Positions 36,639 to 47,986 are shown, numbered from the stretch's first letter. The stretch is DNA of 64,000 bases from Patescibacteria group bacterium (GCA_041666485.1 JBAYGW010000004.1:10341-74340), one strand, 5' to 3'. The notes: a model not told the origin generated them from the letters alone. Made by a program: numbers and translations.

Positions 36639-38091
36639 TAGAGGTAGTTTGTTTATTTGAAGATTTATCCAGAAACGGAAGTATTTCTTTAATTAGTTTA
36701 ATATCATAAGGCTCTAAAAATCGGATAAAATATAGTGCCAATAAATATGCTGATGTACTAATAATTGAATTAAAGACCACGTTCACTTTATCGGAAAGCT
36801 CAAAAAATATTATTGCCATTAATGATCCGCAAATAAGGGTCGGTAGCAGGTATTTTAAACTCTTGAGGATACCATGCTGAAAATATCTTTCAATATAAAC
36901 ATAAAACAGTATCCCGAGCACTAATTCGGATATTAGCGTGGCGATAGCGGATCCCGTGTAACTGTATAACGGAATTAGAAACAGGTTAAGCACAATATTC
37001 AGCCCGGCTGTAATTCCTTCTATTCCGGCTCGCACCTTTTGTTTATTGATTGCTGTAATTGATTCTGATGAACCGTAGGTAAAGAAACGGATAATAATGA
37101 TGACGCCCATTATTTGCATCACGATTGTGGCCGGAAGATATTCCGCGCCATAAACAATTTTAATAATTTGTTCTGCACCCAGCCACAGTATAACAGTAAT
37201 AGGAACAGCGATTGCCAGCAGAAATTTTTGTATCGTGTGGGTGATTCTGATCAGTTTTTCTTTATTGTTCAAACTGAACTTATATATTTGCGGTAGGGCA
37301 ACTTGGAATATAATCTGCGGTATCATGTAAAATGCCACGACTAGTCTATACGCGGCGGAATATAGTCCGACCTCAACTTCAGATTTCATAATTGAAAGCA
37401 TTACGGCATCAATCTGAAAATATACAATAAAAAAAACAGAAGAAATACAAAAGATCCATGAGCGTTTTAATAGGGAAGGAATCTCGCGTAACCTAACAAT
37501 TGGACGCACATATTTAAACACAAATATCAGATAGAATAAAAATAACAGCGCGGAAACAAAGAGCTGAATGTACGCAACTAATTTAACTTCGGGCTTATAG
37601 AATATGGCCGCCAGTACAAGCAGAAAAAATAATATGGAATAAATAATCTGTTGCCAGCTGATCAGGCTGAATTTTGTTAACGCCTGCAAAGTTGACTGAT
37701 AAATTTTTCTGCTTTCAAACAGCAGTTCTGCGATAGCTAATATGATAAAAAGCTCAACAATTACTCCCGAGTAACCGATTAATTTCACAATTATGGTCAT
37801 CAGGCCGAATAAGACCAACGAAAGCACGAGCTCAATGATTAATCCGTTCCCCAATAAAGTTCCTAATTTTTCCTTATCCCTTGATCCTTCCAGTAGGCTT
37901 AATCTGGAAACACCAAGGTCGTTGAATACCATAAATAAATTAACAAAAGCGATTACGGTAGCGTATTGACCGAATTGTTCTAGACCTAGGTATCTTGCCA
38001 GGAGTATTCCGATCAGGGCACTCATTACCCGGAAGAAAATACGCGAAAAAAGCATAAATAAAGTTGATGAAAATGCCTTTCTAATTGTCAT
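36631..38091 (-). CDS. Wzx-type flippase
   Basis: LARYLGLEQFG, IDAVMLS...EVGLYSAA, LNLFLIP. Confidence 0.9.
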   Translation of the reverse strand: MTIRKAFSSTLFMLFSRIFFRVMSALIGILLARYLGLEQFGQYATVIAFVNLFMVFNDLGVSRLSLLEGSRDKEKLGTLLGNGLIIELVLSLVLFGLMTIIVKLIGYSGVIVELFIILAIAELLFESRKIYQSTLQALTKFSLISWQQIIYSILFFLLVLAAIFYKPEVKLVAYIQLFVSALLFLFYLIFVFKYVRPIVRLREIPSLLKRSWIFCISSVFFIVYFQIDAVMLSIMKSEVEVGLYSAAYRLVVAFYMIPQIIFQVALPQIYKFSLNNKEKLIRITHTIQKFLLAIAVPITVILWLGAEQIIKIVYGAEYLPATIVMQIMGVIIIIRFFTYGSSESITAINKQKVRAGIEGITAGLNIVLNLFLIPLYSYTGSAIATLISELVLGILFYVYIERYFQHGILKSLKYLLPTLICGSLMAIIFFELSDKVNVVFNSIISTSAYLLALYFIRFLEPYDIKLIKEILPFLDKSSNKQTTSNE

Positions 38092-38274
38092 GATTTCAGA
38101 CTATGTTGGTAAAATGACAGTTTAATTCAGATGCAAGTATATCAGAAAATTGACCTCATGAAAAGATATAATTAATTGGTAATAAACCCAAAATAGGCAT
38201 ATATAATTATTTAGTAAAATATAAAAAATTATGTTTGACCAATGAGTAAATTGCTCATATAATTAGAGTAATTT

Positions 38275-39783
38275 ATGATCTATAAGAAATGTCTAACTAT
38301 TTTGCTTTGGGTGATTAAAATAGCTGCTTTAGGTGCATCCGTGATGCTTTTTGTAATGGTTTTTAACCGATATTTTGTACCACTTGGTAAGTTGGAAGTT
38401 GCTTATGATTTTACAGAAGGTTCGGATTACATTTCCAAATTGGAACCTTGGCAGAGACTATTACCCCCCGAAGAATCAAATGGGGATTGGTCACAGGCCA
38501 TGAAAGATGATCTGGTGTATTTTGATGTTAAAATTCCCCGGTGGTTTCAGTCTGTTTCGGCTGAGATAACATTTCAAAACAATGCCGTACCGATTTTGGA
38601 AATCGGGGCGCGAGCCGATTTGGCGGGTAATTATCTTTCAGCGCCGTTGCAGAATAAATTGATTGATTCATTGGAATGGAGTAAGAGTTTGCTTAGTGAG
38701 ACAACTCTCTATCAAAGAAACAATAAATACTCGGATGTAACAAGCTTCGTGCAGCAACCACCGAATAAGGAGATTATCGGAGAATATTTTTATGACCTTA
38801 AGTTAGACAAAATAATTTCCGGTTATAAAAAATCCCAGAAGGAAACAATTATAGACAGAAGCCTTCGGGGAAAGCATACGCTGTATACGTATCTGAAAGA
38901 TGAGGAATTGAATTTTAGTTTTGATAAGTTTGATTTGAATTGGTATGCCGGACCGGATGATCTTAAAATTGAAGTGTACAGGCAAAATAACGGGGAAAAA
39001 ATTTATAGCGCAAGCTTGGAGGATGACGGGGATGTCGGGATTACCGGTATTTATCAGCCTGTTCAGAATCTGTCTGTCAAAATTCCGAATTTAGAAGAGG
39101 GTGTTTATCGTATTGAAATAGGTGCAAACGAAGATACAGTTGTTAACAAAATATCTACAAGACAAAGTTTGATCGTTTTTGCCAGATCAATTTTCCTGAT
39201 TGATAATGAAGAATATTATAAAAACATAACTCCGGGCAGTAGACCCACTAAACTTTTTACAGCTTCTTCCACTGTAGCCTTTAAGACTTCTCATCCTGCC
39301 GGATTGCAGAAGGTTATAGCCGACAATCAGTCTGTTAATATTGATGTGGTGAATAGGGATTTTAAATTTCAAAATAATTCCGGATTAATGCAAATCAGCA
39401 TACCCAGTAACGATTTAACTTTAAACTTCAGCGGATTCGTGGCATTTGCGTCAAGTCAGTATTTTAACCCTTTCCCTGAAAACATTGTAGGTATTAATAG
39501 TAATACGGATGTTGAATCTTTGGATTATGTAATTACGAAATATCTGACGCCCAGGAGTGCGGGGGATTGGCTTGTCAATTCAGCAACGTTTGATTTAAAT
39601 AAATTGTATAAGGACAAAAACGATAATATCAGGTTAAGGATCAGCGCGCCTTTGTTAAGCGGTACGGGCGGAGTAGTAAAAATAAGCGAGATAAGAATCA
39701 GCTATGAGAAACCTCCCTTAACCTTACAGAATCTACCAAATAAAATTAAATCATATTTAAATGAATTATTCACCAGGAATTAG
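38275..39783 (+). CDS. Membrane-anchored extracytoplasmic beta-rich hypothetical protein
   Basis: Single N-terminal TM, 502 aa. Confidence 0.75.
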   Translation: MIYKKCLTILLWVIKIAALGASVMLFVMVFNRYFVPLGKLEVAYDFTEGSDYISKLEPWQRLLPPEESNGDWSQAMKDDLVYFDVKIPRWFQSVSAEITFQNNAVPILEIGARADLAGNYLSAPLQNKLIDSLEWSKSLLSETTLYQRNNKYSDVTSFVQQPPNKEIIGEYFYDLKLDKIISGYKKSQKETIIDRSLRGKHTLYTYLKDEELNFSFDKFDLNWYAGPDDLKIEVYRQNNGEKIYSASLEDDGDVGITGIYQPVQNLSVKIPNLEEGVYRIEIGANEDTVVNKISTRQSLIVFARSIFLIDNEEYYKNITPGSRPTKLFTASSTVAFKTSHPAGLQKVIADNQSVNIDVVNRDFKFQNNSGLMQISIPSNDLTLNFSGFVAFASSQYFNPFPENIVGINSNTDVESLDYVITKYLTPRSAGDWLVNSATFDLNKLYKDKNDNIRLRISAPLLSGTGGVVKISEIRISYEKPPLTLQNLPNKIKSYLNELFTRN

Positions 39784-39987
39784 ATGAATCTGCAATGGAT
39801 TAAAGAAACCAAAATATTCATCGGTAAAGCAAGCTGGTTTGTGTTTGTAGTATCCTTGATTGATTATATTATTTTGTTTACTTTTAATTCTATAGCCAAC
39901 AACTTCCTTAACGCATTTTTTGACATCAAAAGTATAATGGTAGTTGTTGTTGTCTCAGGGTTACTTTGTGTTTTGTCCAGGGAATAA
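39784..39987 (+). CDS. Small 2-TM membrane protein
   Basis: Starts immediately after previous stop; two hydrophobic helices. Confidence 0.6.
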   Translation: MNLQWIKETKIFIGKASWFVFVVSLIDYIILFTFNSIANNFLNAFFDIKSIMVVVVVSGLLCVLSRE

Positions 39988-40004
39988 CTGATTTTGTAAT
40001 CATA

Positions 40005-40026
40005 AAACACCATTTAAGGTGTTTTT
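40005..40026. terminator. Bidirectional terminator between convergent genes
   Basis: aaaacacc-atttaa-ggtgtttt. Confidence 0.6.
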
Positions 40027-40052
40027 GTGTTTTTGAATATTAACAACATCTA

Positions 40053-43049
40053 TTATTGGTTTGCATATATTTTCATATTGCTTATCCAGATAGGGCAATT
40101 TTGTTCATTGTTTTCTGTGTGCAAGATTCCGATTGTCAGTTGGTTAATACCTTTTTGTAGCAGATCTTTGGATGTTGTGGTAATTTGTTTAAAATCCGAA
40201 CCTCCAATAGTGAATGAGTTATTTAACTCGCCGTTTATCATTATCGTGCCCGAATTGCCTTCTTCCGTGCATGTTCTGGCGTCAAAAGACAGATCAATAT
40301 ACATCTCTTCAGAAGCATAAAGATATATATTCGCTTCATCATTAATTTTCCTTCTTTTATTTGTGCCAAGTTTATTTTCCAGAATATCCCAACCACTGCT
40401 GATGACAAATGGCACGCTGTCATTACTGCCAATTTCATTTATTTTATAAATAATGTAATCATGTCCATCTATTTTTTGTACTGATGGAATTATTTCTTCA
40501 AGATAATTTGACAGCTCTTCCCCCACATCGGTATTAATGATGTTCTTATCAAGATAGATGTATCCGATCTCTTTGTCTTTTAGTATTTTGGCAACATTGT
40601 CTTTATAGTAATTGATTTCACGAATGTCGCGGAAGGACAATAATTTTTTATCACCGTAGGGTAAATGAAACAGCTCATTGATCAGTGGTAGGGTATCAAG
40701 CAATTTCTGATTGCCACTACGATCTAGCTCAATGAAGTCCCGCAGTGAAATTACTGGATGGTTATTTATTTTTTGTATATTACTGCCATCTTCATTTATG
40801 GAGTCTGACTGGATAGGGGGATTCAGCATTAAAACAGCTTGAGTGTCACTATTGTCAAGATAGTTGAAATCAGAATGCATTTCTACCTTTTCAGTGATGG
40901 TTTTGTAATGTATATTTTTGAAATACACCCGTGGATCTTTACCTGGTTTGTTGATATTTAATACTTTGATGTATATAGTACTTTCGCCTGAAGGAATGTT
41001 TTGTAGTTTAATATTGGTTGTGGTGCTATTTTCATAAGCAAAATGCTTCCCGATTATTTGGTTGTTATAATAAAATTCCACTACGTTGTACTCGTCATTA
41101 TAGGAATTAATTTCCAGATCAATCAGTAGATTTGCATCATAAGCATTTAAATTAAATATCTTTAACTCAGCTTCATTAGTAATTTTTCTGTTGCGATCTT
41201 TAGTGTTAAAATCTTCCCATCCGTTACCAATGGCAATATATGCGGAATCTGGCTTTATTTCCTGTTTTATTTTGTATGCGTAAATATAACTATCTTGATA
41301 TCTTTCTTCAATTAAAAAGTTGTTTTCAATAAATGCCTGAAGACTGTTAAAATTTTCCGGCTCAATATAATCCAAGCCTGTTCCGATAAATTCTTTTTGA
41401 ATTACTAAATAGGGGATATGGTAATAAGTAAATATGCTATTGGCCAGCTGTTTATAATCATGGTTGATAATATCCCTTGGAATTTCATTGCCACTTGGAA
41501 GGTTATATAGTATTTCCGATAGCACGGGTGTATTGGCTTGAAAATCCCAGTTTCCTTCTATTTTTCTTGCAGGATCCAGGCCTGATATACGTTCTTTCTG
41601 ATATATTGATGAATAGTATCGTGTTTTAGCGTCCGCCAGATAATTCGTAGAAGCGGGTAAGTCTACAACGCCAAAATCGCCGTTTTCAGCCTTAAGTTGG
41701 TCATAGAAAGGAGAATAGTTAAGAGAGGAGGTTGGTATCGGGATAGCCAAAAATTCTACCGAAAGCATCAAGATTACAAGGGTGGCAAGCGCAAACTGTA
41801 GTTTATACTTTTGGACTATTTTATTGCTGAATAAATATTGCATCCCGAACGCTATGGCAATTGAAAAGCAAAGCAGGGCGATTACCCAAAACCTTCCGAC
41901 GGACCGGATGTTTTCAAAGAATGGAACGTACTTATAAATCAGCAAATAGGGGAGGGGAATTTTTGGTTCAATAGTTCCCGCAAAATGAAGAAATGGTCCA
42001 AGGGAAAGGATAAAAAAACCAATAGCAGACACTGACCAAAAAAGAATTTCTTTAACCTTATTTCTTTTATAAAGGATTAAAGCAAAGATAAATAGAGCTA
42101 TAGCCGTGAAGCCTATGTAGTTTGAATTTTCCGCCGGATTTCCGGTAAACAGATCTCTTAAGGGTTTAAAAAAATCGGAAAAAACAGTGCTAAATATAGG
42201 TGGAGTAATAATTGAAAGCGCGTCTGATGAGTATCTGATTGTCTGTTCAATGCCGGGATTCAAATAGTTTTCGTTTGAGGTTGAAATATTGATCAGCGGA
42301 ATATAATACCAAAGTAGAACAGATATTCCGATAATTATTCCAAGCATAGTATATCTTCGGAATAACATATTTTTTACCACTTTGCGGTTGGCATTAAGAT
42401 AAAAAATCAGAAAGGGTGTTAAGAATATGAAAAAGAATACAGCAAAATGTGGTTCTCCCTTAATCAGCAAAATAAAAAACAATCCTGATAGCAGAAGATA
42501 TTTCAAAGAAGGTTTTTTTATAAACTTCATGATATATAAAACGGTGAAGGGGATCCATTCAATATGTATCGCTCCTCTGAAACCGCTCCAAGCAAAATGA
42601 GCCGGGCTGAAAGTATAAATAAAACCTGCGATGAATGCGGAAATTTGTGACTGTACTCCAGTGAGCTTCAGTTGAGATAAAATATACTTTGTCAGCAAAT
42701 ATACCCCGAATCCTGATGCAACAAAAGAAAAAAACCAAAATAGATTATATCCTAAAGGTTCGCCAAATAAAAACATGAAGTATGTGTGAATCGTTACAGG
42801 ATCCAAATTGATATTGCTAATTGTGTCCCAAATTCCATTTAAATACCCCAGTTCTTTTAACCTGCCAAAATTTTTTATTATTTCAGCTAAACTCTGGAAT
42901 ACGTCACCGCCATCACCGATAATTCTATTCTTGAAATTCAGTATAAGAGGGAATGTCAGAAGTAAAGAAAATATGGAATACAAAAAAACAATAAAGATAT
43001 TTTGTATATATATTGATTTATTTCTCTCGGGTTTTCGGTCTTTGTTCAC
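40053..43049 (-). CDS. YfhO-like GT-C membrane protein with duplicated extracytoplasmic domain
   Basis: Many TMs, YIGF, LSLGPF, RSVGRF; two repeats of P...L.......IPY/IGY...GW. Confidence 0.7.
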   Translation of the reverse strand: MNKDRKPERNKSIYIQNIFIVFLYSIFSLLLTFPLILNFKNRIIGDGGDVFQSLAEIIKNFGRLKELGYLNGIWDTISNINLDPVTIHTYFMFLFGEPLGYNLFWFFSFVASGFGVYLLTKYILSQLKLTGVQSQISAFIAGFIYTFSPAHFAWSGFRGAIHIEWIPFTVLYIMKFIKKPSLKYLLLSGLFFILLIKGEPHFAVFFFIFLTPFLIFYLNANRKVVKNMLFRRYTMLGIIIGISVLLWYYIPLINISTSNENYLNPGIEQTIRYSSDALSIITPPIFSTVFSDFFKPLRDLFTGNPAENSNYIGFTAIALFIFALILYKRNKVKEILFWSVSAIGFFILSLGPFLHFAGTIEPKIPLPYLLIYKYVPFFENIRSVGRFWVIALLCFSIAIAFGMQYLFSNKIVQKYKLQFALATLVILMLSVEFLAIPIPTSSLNYSPFYDQLKAENGDFGVVDLPASTNYLADAKTRYYSSIYQKERISGLDPARKIEGNWDFQANTPVLSEILYNLPSGNEIPRDIINHDYKQLANSIFTYYHIPYLVIQKEFIGTGLDYIEPENFNSLQAFIENNFLIEERYQDSYIYAYKIKQEIKPDSAYIAIGNGWEDFNTKDRNRKITNEAELKIFNLNAYDANLLIDLEINSYNDEYNVVEFYYNNQIIGKHFAYENSTTTNIKLQNIPSGESTIYIKVLNINKPGKDPRVYFKNIHYKTITEKVEMHSDFNYLDNSDTQAVLMLNPPIQSDSINEDGSNIQKINNHPVISLRDFIELDRSGNQKLLDTLPLINELFHLPYGDKKLLSFRDIREINYYKDNVAKILKDKEIGYIYLDKNIINTDVGEELSNYLEEIIPSVQKIDGHDYIIYKINEIGSNDSVPFVISSGWDILENKLGTNKRRKINDEANIYLYASEEMYIDLSFDARTCTEEGNSGTIMINGELNNSFTIGGSDFKQITTTSKDLLQKGINQLTIGILHTENNEQNCPIWISNMKIYANQ

Positions 43050-43180
43050 AATATAATATGCTAATTAAACGTAACTGAATATTAGCAGTAAAACATCAGT
43101 AATTCAAGTTTTGTACATACGTTCGTAATATGATATATTTGGGTGGAAAGTAGGCTGTCTTAATCAGTGAAAATGCATTT

Positions 43181-45559
43181 GTGAACGTAAATTTTCTTAA
43201 ACTACAAAATAAAGTTTTGATTCGGCGCAAATATCACAGGTTGCATAGATTTGCATATCTCATGTCTTTTTTAGGAATTGTTGGTACTGCCATAATTCTT
43301 TTTTTACAGCTTCCTATAATGCAGAAGTTTGCATGGTCGCTAAATGCGGATGTATTTATGTTTTTGTTTATTTTGCTGGATTTTATAATTGTGTTTGGTA
43401 CATTATCAAATAGAAAGTTCGTTCGGAACAATTCCTGGATTTGTTTGTTTCTTTTTCTTATATTGTTAAATTCAATTTGGGAAATTGCAGGGCGGACATA
43501 TGAAGGTGTTTATCAGTTTAATATTTGGCAGAATTATTTGATTTTGTTTGCTGGATTGCTTTTTTTGGAGCCGGTGAAGAATTATATTAGGAATGTATAT
43601 AATGAGCCAATCAGTATTGGTATTGATTTTAATAAAGCAAAGGAAGATGAAGAAAAGTCAGAGGGGAAAAGAATTGAACAATTCAGTAAAAAACATAAAG
43701 TACTAAATTCGGTTCCATTAGTGAATAAATTAGTAAAATGGTTTTATAAGCAGGGCAAAGTTTACAGTATTGGATTGATATCTATTTTCATTTTAGGATT
43801 ATTGATTCGGCTAATACTTGCAGTAAAGGGAGGAATTGATTTTGATGAGGGGATTCATATTTATGATGCAAAAATGGTTTTTGATGGACTGTTACCGTTC
43901 CGGGATTATTTTACCAGGGAACCATATTATATATATTTACTAGCGATTTTTGTTAAAATATTTGGTGCAAATTTACTGACATCTCGTTTATTATCTGTTA
44001 TTTTTTCCAGTCTCACGATTTTTGTTATTTATACCATCGGGAAAAGTATTTCCTCCAGAAAGGTTGGGTTGCTTTCTGCTAGTTTTTTTGCAGTTTCACC
44101 TTTTGTAATCTATAACACTTATTTGGGGAATCTATATGGAGTGTATCCGTTTGTGTTATCCATACTAGTTTTATCTACACTAAATATTCTGAAAAATAAA
44201 GGCAATTCAAATATAGTGTTGGCCGGAATTATTGCCGGTCTGGCCGCGCATTTTTATCGGATAACTATTTTCTATTTTCCGATTGTTGGATTTATGTTTG
44301 GACTAAGATATGCAAGTGATTTTGGTTTAAAAAAATTGCTTAAATACTATATTTTTCTATCAATTCCATTTTTCTTTCCAATAATATTTTTTTCCTACTA
44401 TGCCGGGTACAAAAACTTTGAAATTATATATGGAACAAACGAGCTTCTGATAGGTTATGTATTTATATTTATTGGATACTTGGTAGGAGTAATAAAGGTT
44501 AAATGGTTTTCAAGCAAAAAATCCAACATATTCTTGGCCGCTATTACACCTCTAGCTATAGTTGGATTATATATTGTTTCTATGTATAAATTTGGAGCAG
44601 GATTTGAGAATAAGATTAAAATTTTATTTGATTCACTTATAAAAAATTATCATTACATATTTTTAATTCTGTTTGCCATAATGGTATACATTAAGAATAT
44701 GTTTTCAAATAAGTTATATTTGTATAAAATCCTAATAGCTCTGTCTGTCTTTATTATGGTTTTGATTGCATATCTTGGGTATGTTTCTCCGGAGGGGCTT
44801 CAACTTTGGGGTGTCAGTATATTGACATTTGATTTCAAATATTTATTTTTTATATTGATAATATGTTCTCTTTCAGCGCTGCTATTCTTACTATCAAAAT
44901 TCAATTTCAATAAAATAAAATTCCCCAACGAAATGGGAACTTTGTTACTAATTTTCTTTGCGCCGATACCTTTCTTTATTGTCAGTGCCCAGTGGTTTGC
45001 CGGCTACTTTTTACCATTTACTGTTGTAGGCAGCATTATCGCAATTATTGGCATAATTATTTTATCCAGAATTTATAAATTTCTGAATTTAATTGCAAAA
45101 TTATTTCTTATTATTATCATATTAGGCACGTGGTATTTCTCCGTATCAATTTATGTAAATAGTCCAATCCGCCAGCGATCACTTTGGAGTCAAAAATCGT
45201 ACATTGAAATAGGAGAATATATTCGGGAGAACACAAGTGAAAACGAAGAGGTATTTACGAATGCACTGGTATATGTTGTTCCCAACAATCGCAGGTCAGT
45301 AATGGATCTATCACGAATTTCACTATACGCAATCAGTCCGGTTGATATGCCGGATTATATCGGTACGGCAAAGAATCTGGTTCCTTCCGGTGAATTGGCT
45401 ACCTATGTGAAGAATAACGTAAATATTATTCTCATGGACAGTCGGACAAAGGTAATATTCAAAACTAATTCTGATTTCGCAGATATTTTGGACGGATATC
45501 ACATAGATAAAAGCTGGCCGGAATATGAAATTTCCGCCTGGAAAAAAAATATCAAATGA
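43181..45559 (+). CDS. ArnT/PMT-like GT-C glycosyltransferase
   Basis: IDFDEGIHIYDA, LPFRDYF..EPYY, SRLLSVIFS. Confidence 0.8.
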   Translation: MNVNFLKLQNKVLIRRKYHRLHRFAYLMSFLGIVGTAIILFLQLPIMQKFAWSLNADVFMFLFILLDFIIVFGTLSNRKFVRNNSWICLFLFLILLNSIWEIAGRTYEGVYQFNIWQNYLILFAGLLFLEPVKNYIRNVYNEPISIGIDFNKAKEDEEKSEGKRIEQFSKKHKVLNSVPLVNKLVKWFYKQGKVYSIGLISIFILGLLIRLILAVKGGIDFDEGIHIYDAKMVFDGLLPFRDYFTREPYYIYLLAIFVKIFGANLLTSRLLSVIFSSLTIFVIYTIGKSISSRKVGLLSASFFAVSPFVIYNTYLGNLYGVYPFVLSILVLSTLNILKNKGNSNIVLAGIIAGLAAHFYRITIFYFPIVGFMFGLRYASDFGLKKLLKYYIFLSIPFFFPIIFFSYYAGYKNFEIIYGTNELLIGYVFIFIGYLVGVIKVKWFSSKKSNIFLAAITPLAIVGLYIVSMYKFGAGFENKIKILFDSLIKNYHYIFLILFAIMVYIKNMFSNKLYLYKILIALSVFIMVLIAYLGYVSPEGLQLWGVSILTFDFKYLFFILIICSLSALLFLLSKFNFNKIKFPNEMGTLLLIFFAPIPFFIVSAQWFAGYFLPFTVVGSIIAIIGIIILSRIYKFLNLIAKLFLIIIILGTWYFSVSIYVNSPIRQRSLWSQKSYIEIGEYIRENTSENEEVFTNALVYVVPNNRRSVMDLSRISLYAISPVDMPDYIGTAKNLVPSGELATYVKNNVNIILMDSRTKVIFKTNSDFADILDGYHIDKSWPEYEISAWKKNIK

Positions 45560-45568
45560 TATGACAAA

Positions 45569-46459
45569 TTATGTTTTCTTGTTTTTTAAAAAAGATATGA
45601 TTTGAGCTTTCTCAAATGTAGCGTTCAGATAAATGTTGTTCAGCCTGAACAGTTTTCCGAAAAACATGGCAATAATGTCTTTTAGAATAATCAGTTTGAG
45701 GAAGTCTGGGTTGCTCCACAGATTATTCAGTTCTGGATGGAGATTAAGTAATATATTTTTGTTTCTTCCCGCCGACTCCTGCCTTTTAATATAGCTATCA
45801 ATATCAGCATAAAAATGGTCATGGTATACTACTGCTTTTTGATTGTAGTGTATTTTGTAGCCTAATTTTTCCAGCCGGTAACCAAGCTCAATATCCTCCA
45901 GATTACAGCCGGGAAAGCCCTCGTGAAATTTCTCCTGCTTTAAAATATCCGCTGGAACAGAGATGTTTGATGTGTAAAATCTCCGATATCCGACATCTGT
46001 GATATTTTTTATTCTGAAATCAAACTGGGGTCCGGTCGGAGAAATAAATCTCATCAGGCTGTTCAGTTTTAAATTCTTGTACCAGTCAACAAAGCCCAGG
46101 ACACTTATCTCTGCGCCGGCATTTTTATGACTTCGCAGATGTTCGGACAGCAAATCAGCATCTGCATATGTATCATCGCCCAGGAATATTATATACTGAC
46201 CAATGGCATTATCTATCCCCATATTACGTGCGGCTGCGGCACCTTTGTTGTTTTGGATCAAATATAATAATTCAAATGAGTAATTATTTTTCAATGAAGC
46301 GATGTTTTTATATTCTGGTTGAGTGGATCCGTCATTGATTATAATTACTTCAAATTCTTGTTTGGAGAATGACTGATTTTCCAACGACTTCAAAACTTTT
46401 ACAAGTTTTTCAAAACGGTTAAATGTGGGGATTATTATGGAAAAAGTATATTTGGACAT
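45569..46459 (-). CDS. GT2 glycosyltransferase
   Basis: IIPTFNR, NDGS, AARNMG, FLGDD, EDIELGYRL. Confidence 0.9.
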   Translation of the reverse strand: MSKYTFSIIIPTFNRFEKLVKVLKSLENQSFSKQEFEVIIINDGSTQPEYKNIASLKNNYSFELLYLIQNNKGAAAARNMGIDNAIGQYIIFLGDDTYADADLLSEHLRSHKNAGAEISVLGFVDWYKNLKLNSLMRFISPTGPQFDFRIKNITDVGYRRFYTSNISVPADILKQEKFHEGFPGCNLEDIELGYRLEKLGYKIHYNQKAVVYHDHFYADIDSYIKRQESAGRNKNILLNLHPELNNLWSNPDFLKLIILKDIIAMFFGKLFRLNNIYLNATFEKAQIISFLKNKKT

Positions 46460-46463
46460 TAAA

Positions 46464-47150
46464 TTATTTTTCAATAAAATATATCTTTCTGTAACATTTG
46501 CCGGAATTAACTGAAGAGGCAAGTTTTCTAACAAAATCTGATTTTGATCTAGAAATTTTGCTTGAAATTTTATTCAGCAGGGGGAGGCTCTCAAATATAA
46601 CCAGAAGAAAATGGAATATGACATTTTCGTTTTTTACTACAGAGTATTTATAGCTCCTTTGTTTCAGAATTTCATCAATAAAGTACTCGGACGGATATTC
46701 ATTGGATAAATGTTCGGTCAGCCATAACGGCGCCTTTCTGCCGAATAGCCGGTAATATTTATTGATACGCTTATCCATTTTTTTTGCCGGTTCGCCACAA
46801 GGGAAACCGATCACGGCATATTTGCCGGCGACTCTTAATATTTCATTCACTGATTGTTCCCGTGCCGACTGGCTGATATGTTCAAATGTATCAAGTGAAA
46901 ATACCAAATCAATACTAGATGATTCCAGCGGGATCCGGTCGGCGCTTGCCACTATTTGACGCATTTTGGTATTTCTGTTTTCTTTTATTTTTTTACTATA
47001 ATCATCAAAAGTTGTATCAATACCGATAAAATCAATATCCAAAAACCGTCCGATACCATAACTACCGCTGCCTATTTCACACACTGAATCCAGTTTATTG
47101 TCGGTTATATATTTGATTATAGGAATGTATCTGACTAGCTGGTTTAACAT
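46464..47150 (-). CDS. Class I SAM-dependent methyltransferase
   Basis: CEIGSG, IPLESSSIDLV, DTFEHI. Confidence 0.85.
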   Translation of the reverse strand: MLNQLVRYIPIIKYITDNKLDSVCEIGSGSYGIGRFLDIDFIGIDTTFDDYSKKIKENRNTKMRQIVASADRIPLESSSIDLVFSLDTFEHISQSAREQSVNEILRVAGKYAVIGFPCGEPAKKMDKRINKYYRLFGRKAPLWLTEHLSNEYPSEYFIDEILKQRSYKYSVVKNENVIFHFLLVIFESLPLLNKISSKISRSKSDFVRKLASSVNSGKCYRKIYFIEK

Positions 47151-47164
47151 ATATAAGGAAGATA

Positions 47165-47986
47165 TTATTTTTTAATTGCTACAGCCCAAATGTTATTAGC
47201 GAATATTTCTCTCAAAAAGGGAAATAACGATGGGGTAAGAAGTAAATATCGAAATATCCCAATGGGGCTTTTGAGTAAGAAAAGGTCACTGAGATATGCT
47301 TTTTTAATGACAAAATTAGCACGAACTAAGTTAGATTTTACTGATGCTAACGTTTGCTCGTTTACATGCATGATTTTGTCATAAGGTATGCGCGGATCAT
47401 CATCATACCTAATTTTTCTTTTTAAGAATGGTTCAAATAATACTTTACTCAAAATATGATAAATGTGTTTTGTGTAATACTTGTAGCCGATTTCAAAATA
47501 TTTTTTATTAGGATATGTGTGTACAACTATTCTGCCACCCGGCTTTAATACGCGGAAGATTTCGTTCAAAGCCTGATCAACTTCTTCCTGGTACAAATGT
47601 TCAATAACATCAAGGAAATATACCATATCAAAGGTGTTATCAGAGAAGGGGAGTATTTTAGACGTTTGATGTGCAATTTTGATCCTATTTTGGATTTCTA
47701 TATTGCACGCTGAGCGTGCTTCTTCGGCTAGTGAAATTGCATCTGAAGCATAGTCGATCCCCCAAATATATGCTCCGTGTTGAGCTGATTGAACCAGCAT
47801 TTCTCCCCGACCGCAGCCATAGTCCAATATCTTTTCTCCAGGTTTGATTTCAGCCAGTTTCACGGACTTTTGCAGACGTTTATCAACCTTTTTTCCTTTA
47901 TATGTTTCCCATATTCCCGCACTTCCGCATCCTTCATCGGTTGTAAAATATTGTTTATCGTATTCCTTCTGGTCTACTTGTTTCAT
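47165..47986 (-). CDS. Class I SAM-dependent methyltransferase
   Basis: LDYGCGRG, LPFSDNTFD, DVIEHL, RVLKPGG. Confidence 0.92.
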   Translation of the reverse strand: MKQVDQKEYDKQYFTTDEGCGSAGIWETYKGKKVDKRLQKSVKLAEIKPGEKILDYGCGRGEMLVQSAQHGAYIWGIDYASDAISLAEEARSACNIEIQNRIKIAHQTSKILPFSDNTFDMVYFLDVIEHLYQEEVDQALNEIFRVLKPGGRIVVHTYPNKKYFEIGYKYYTKHIYHILSKVLFEPFLKRKIRYDDDPRIPYDKIMHVNEQTLASVKSNLVRANFVIKKAYLSDLFLLKSPIGIFRYLLLTPSLFPFLREIFANNIWAVAIKK

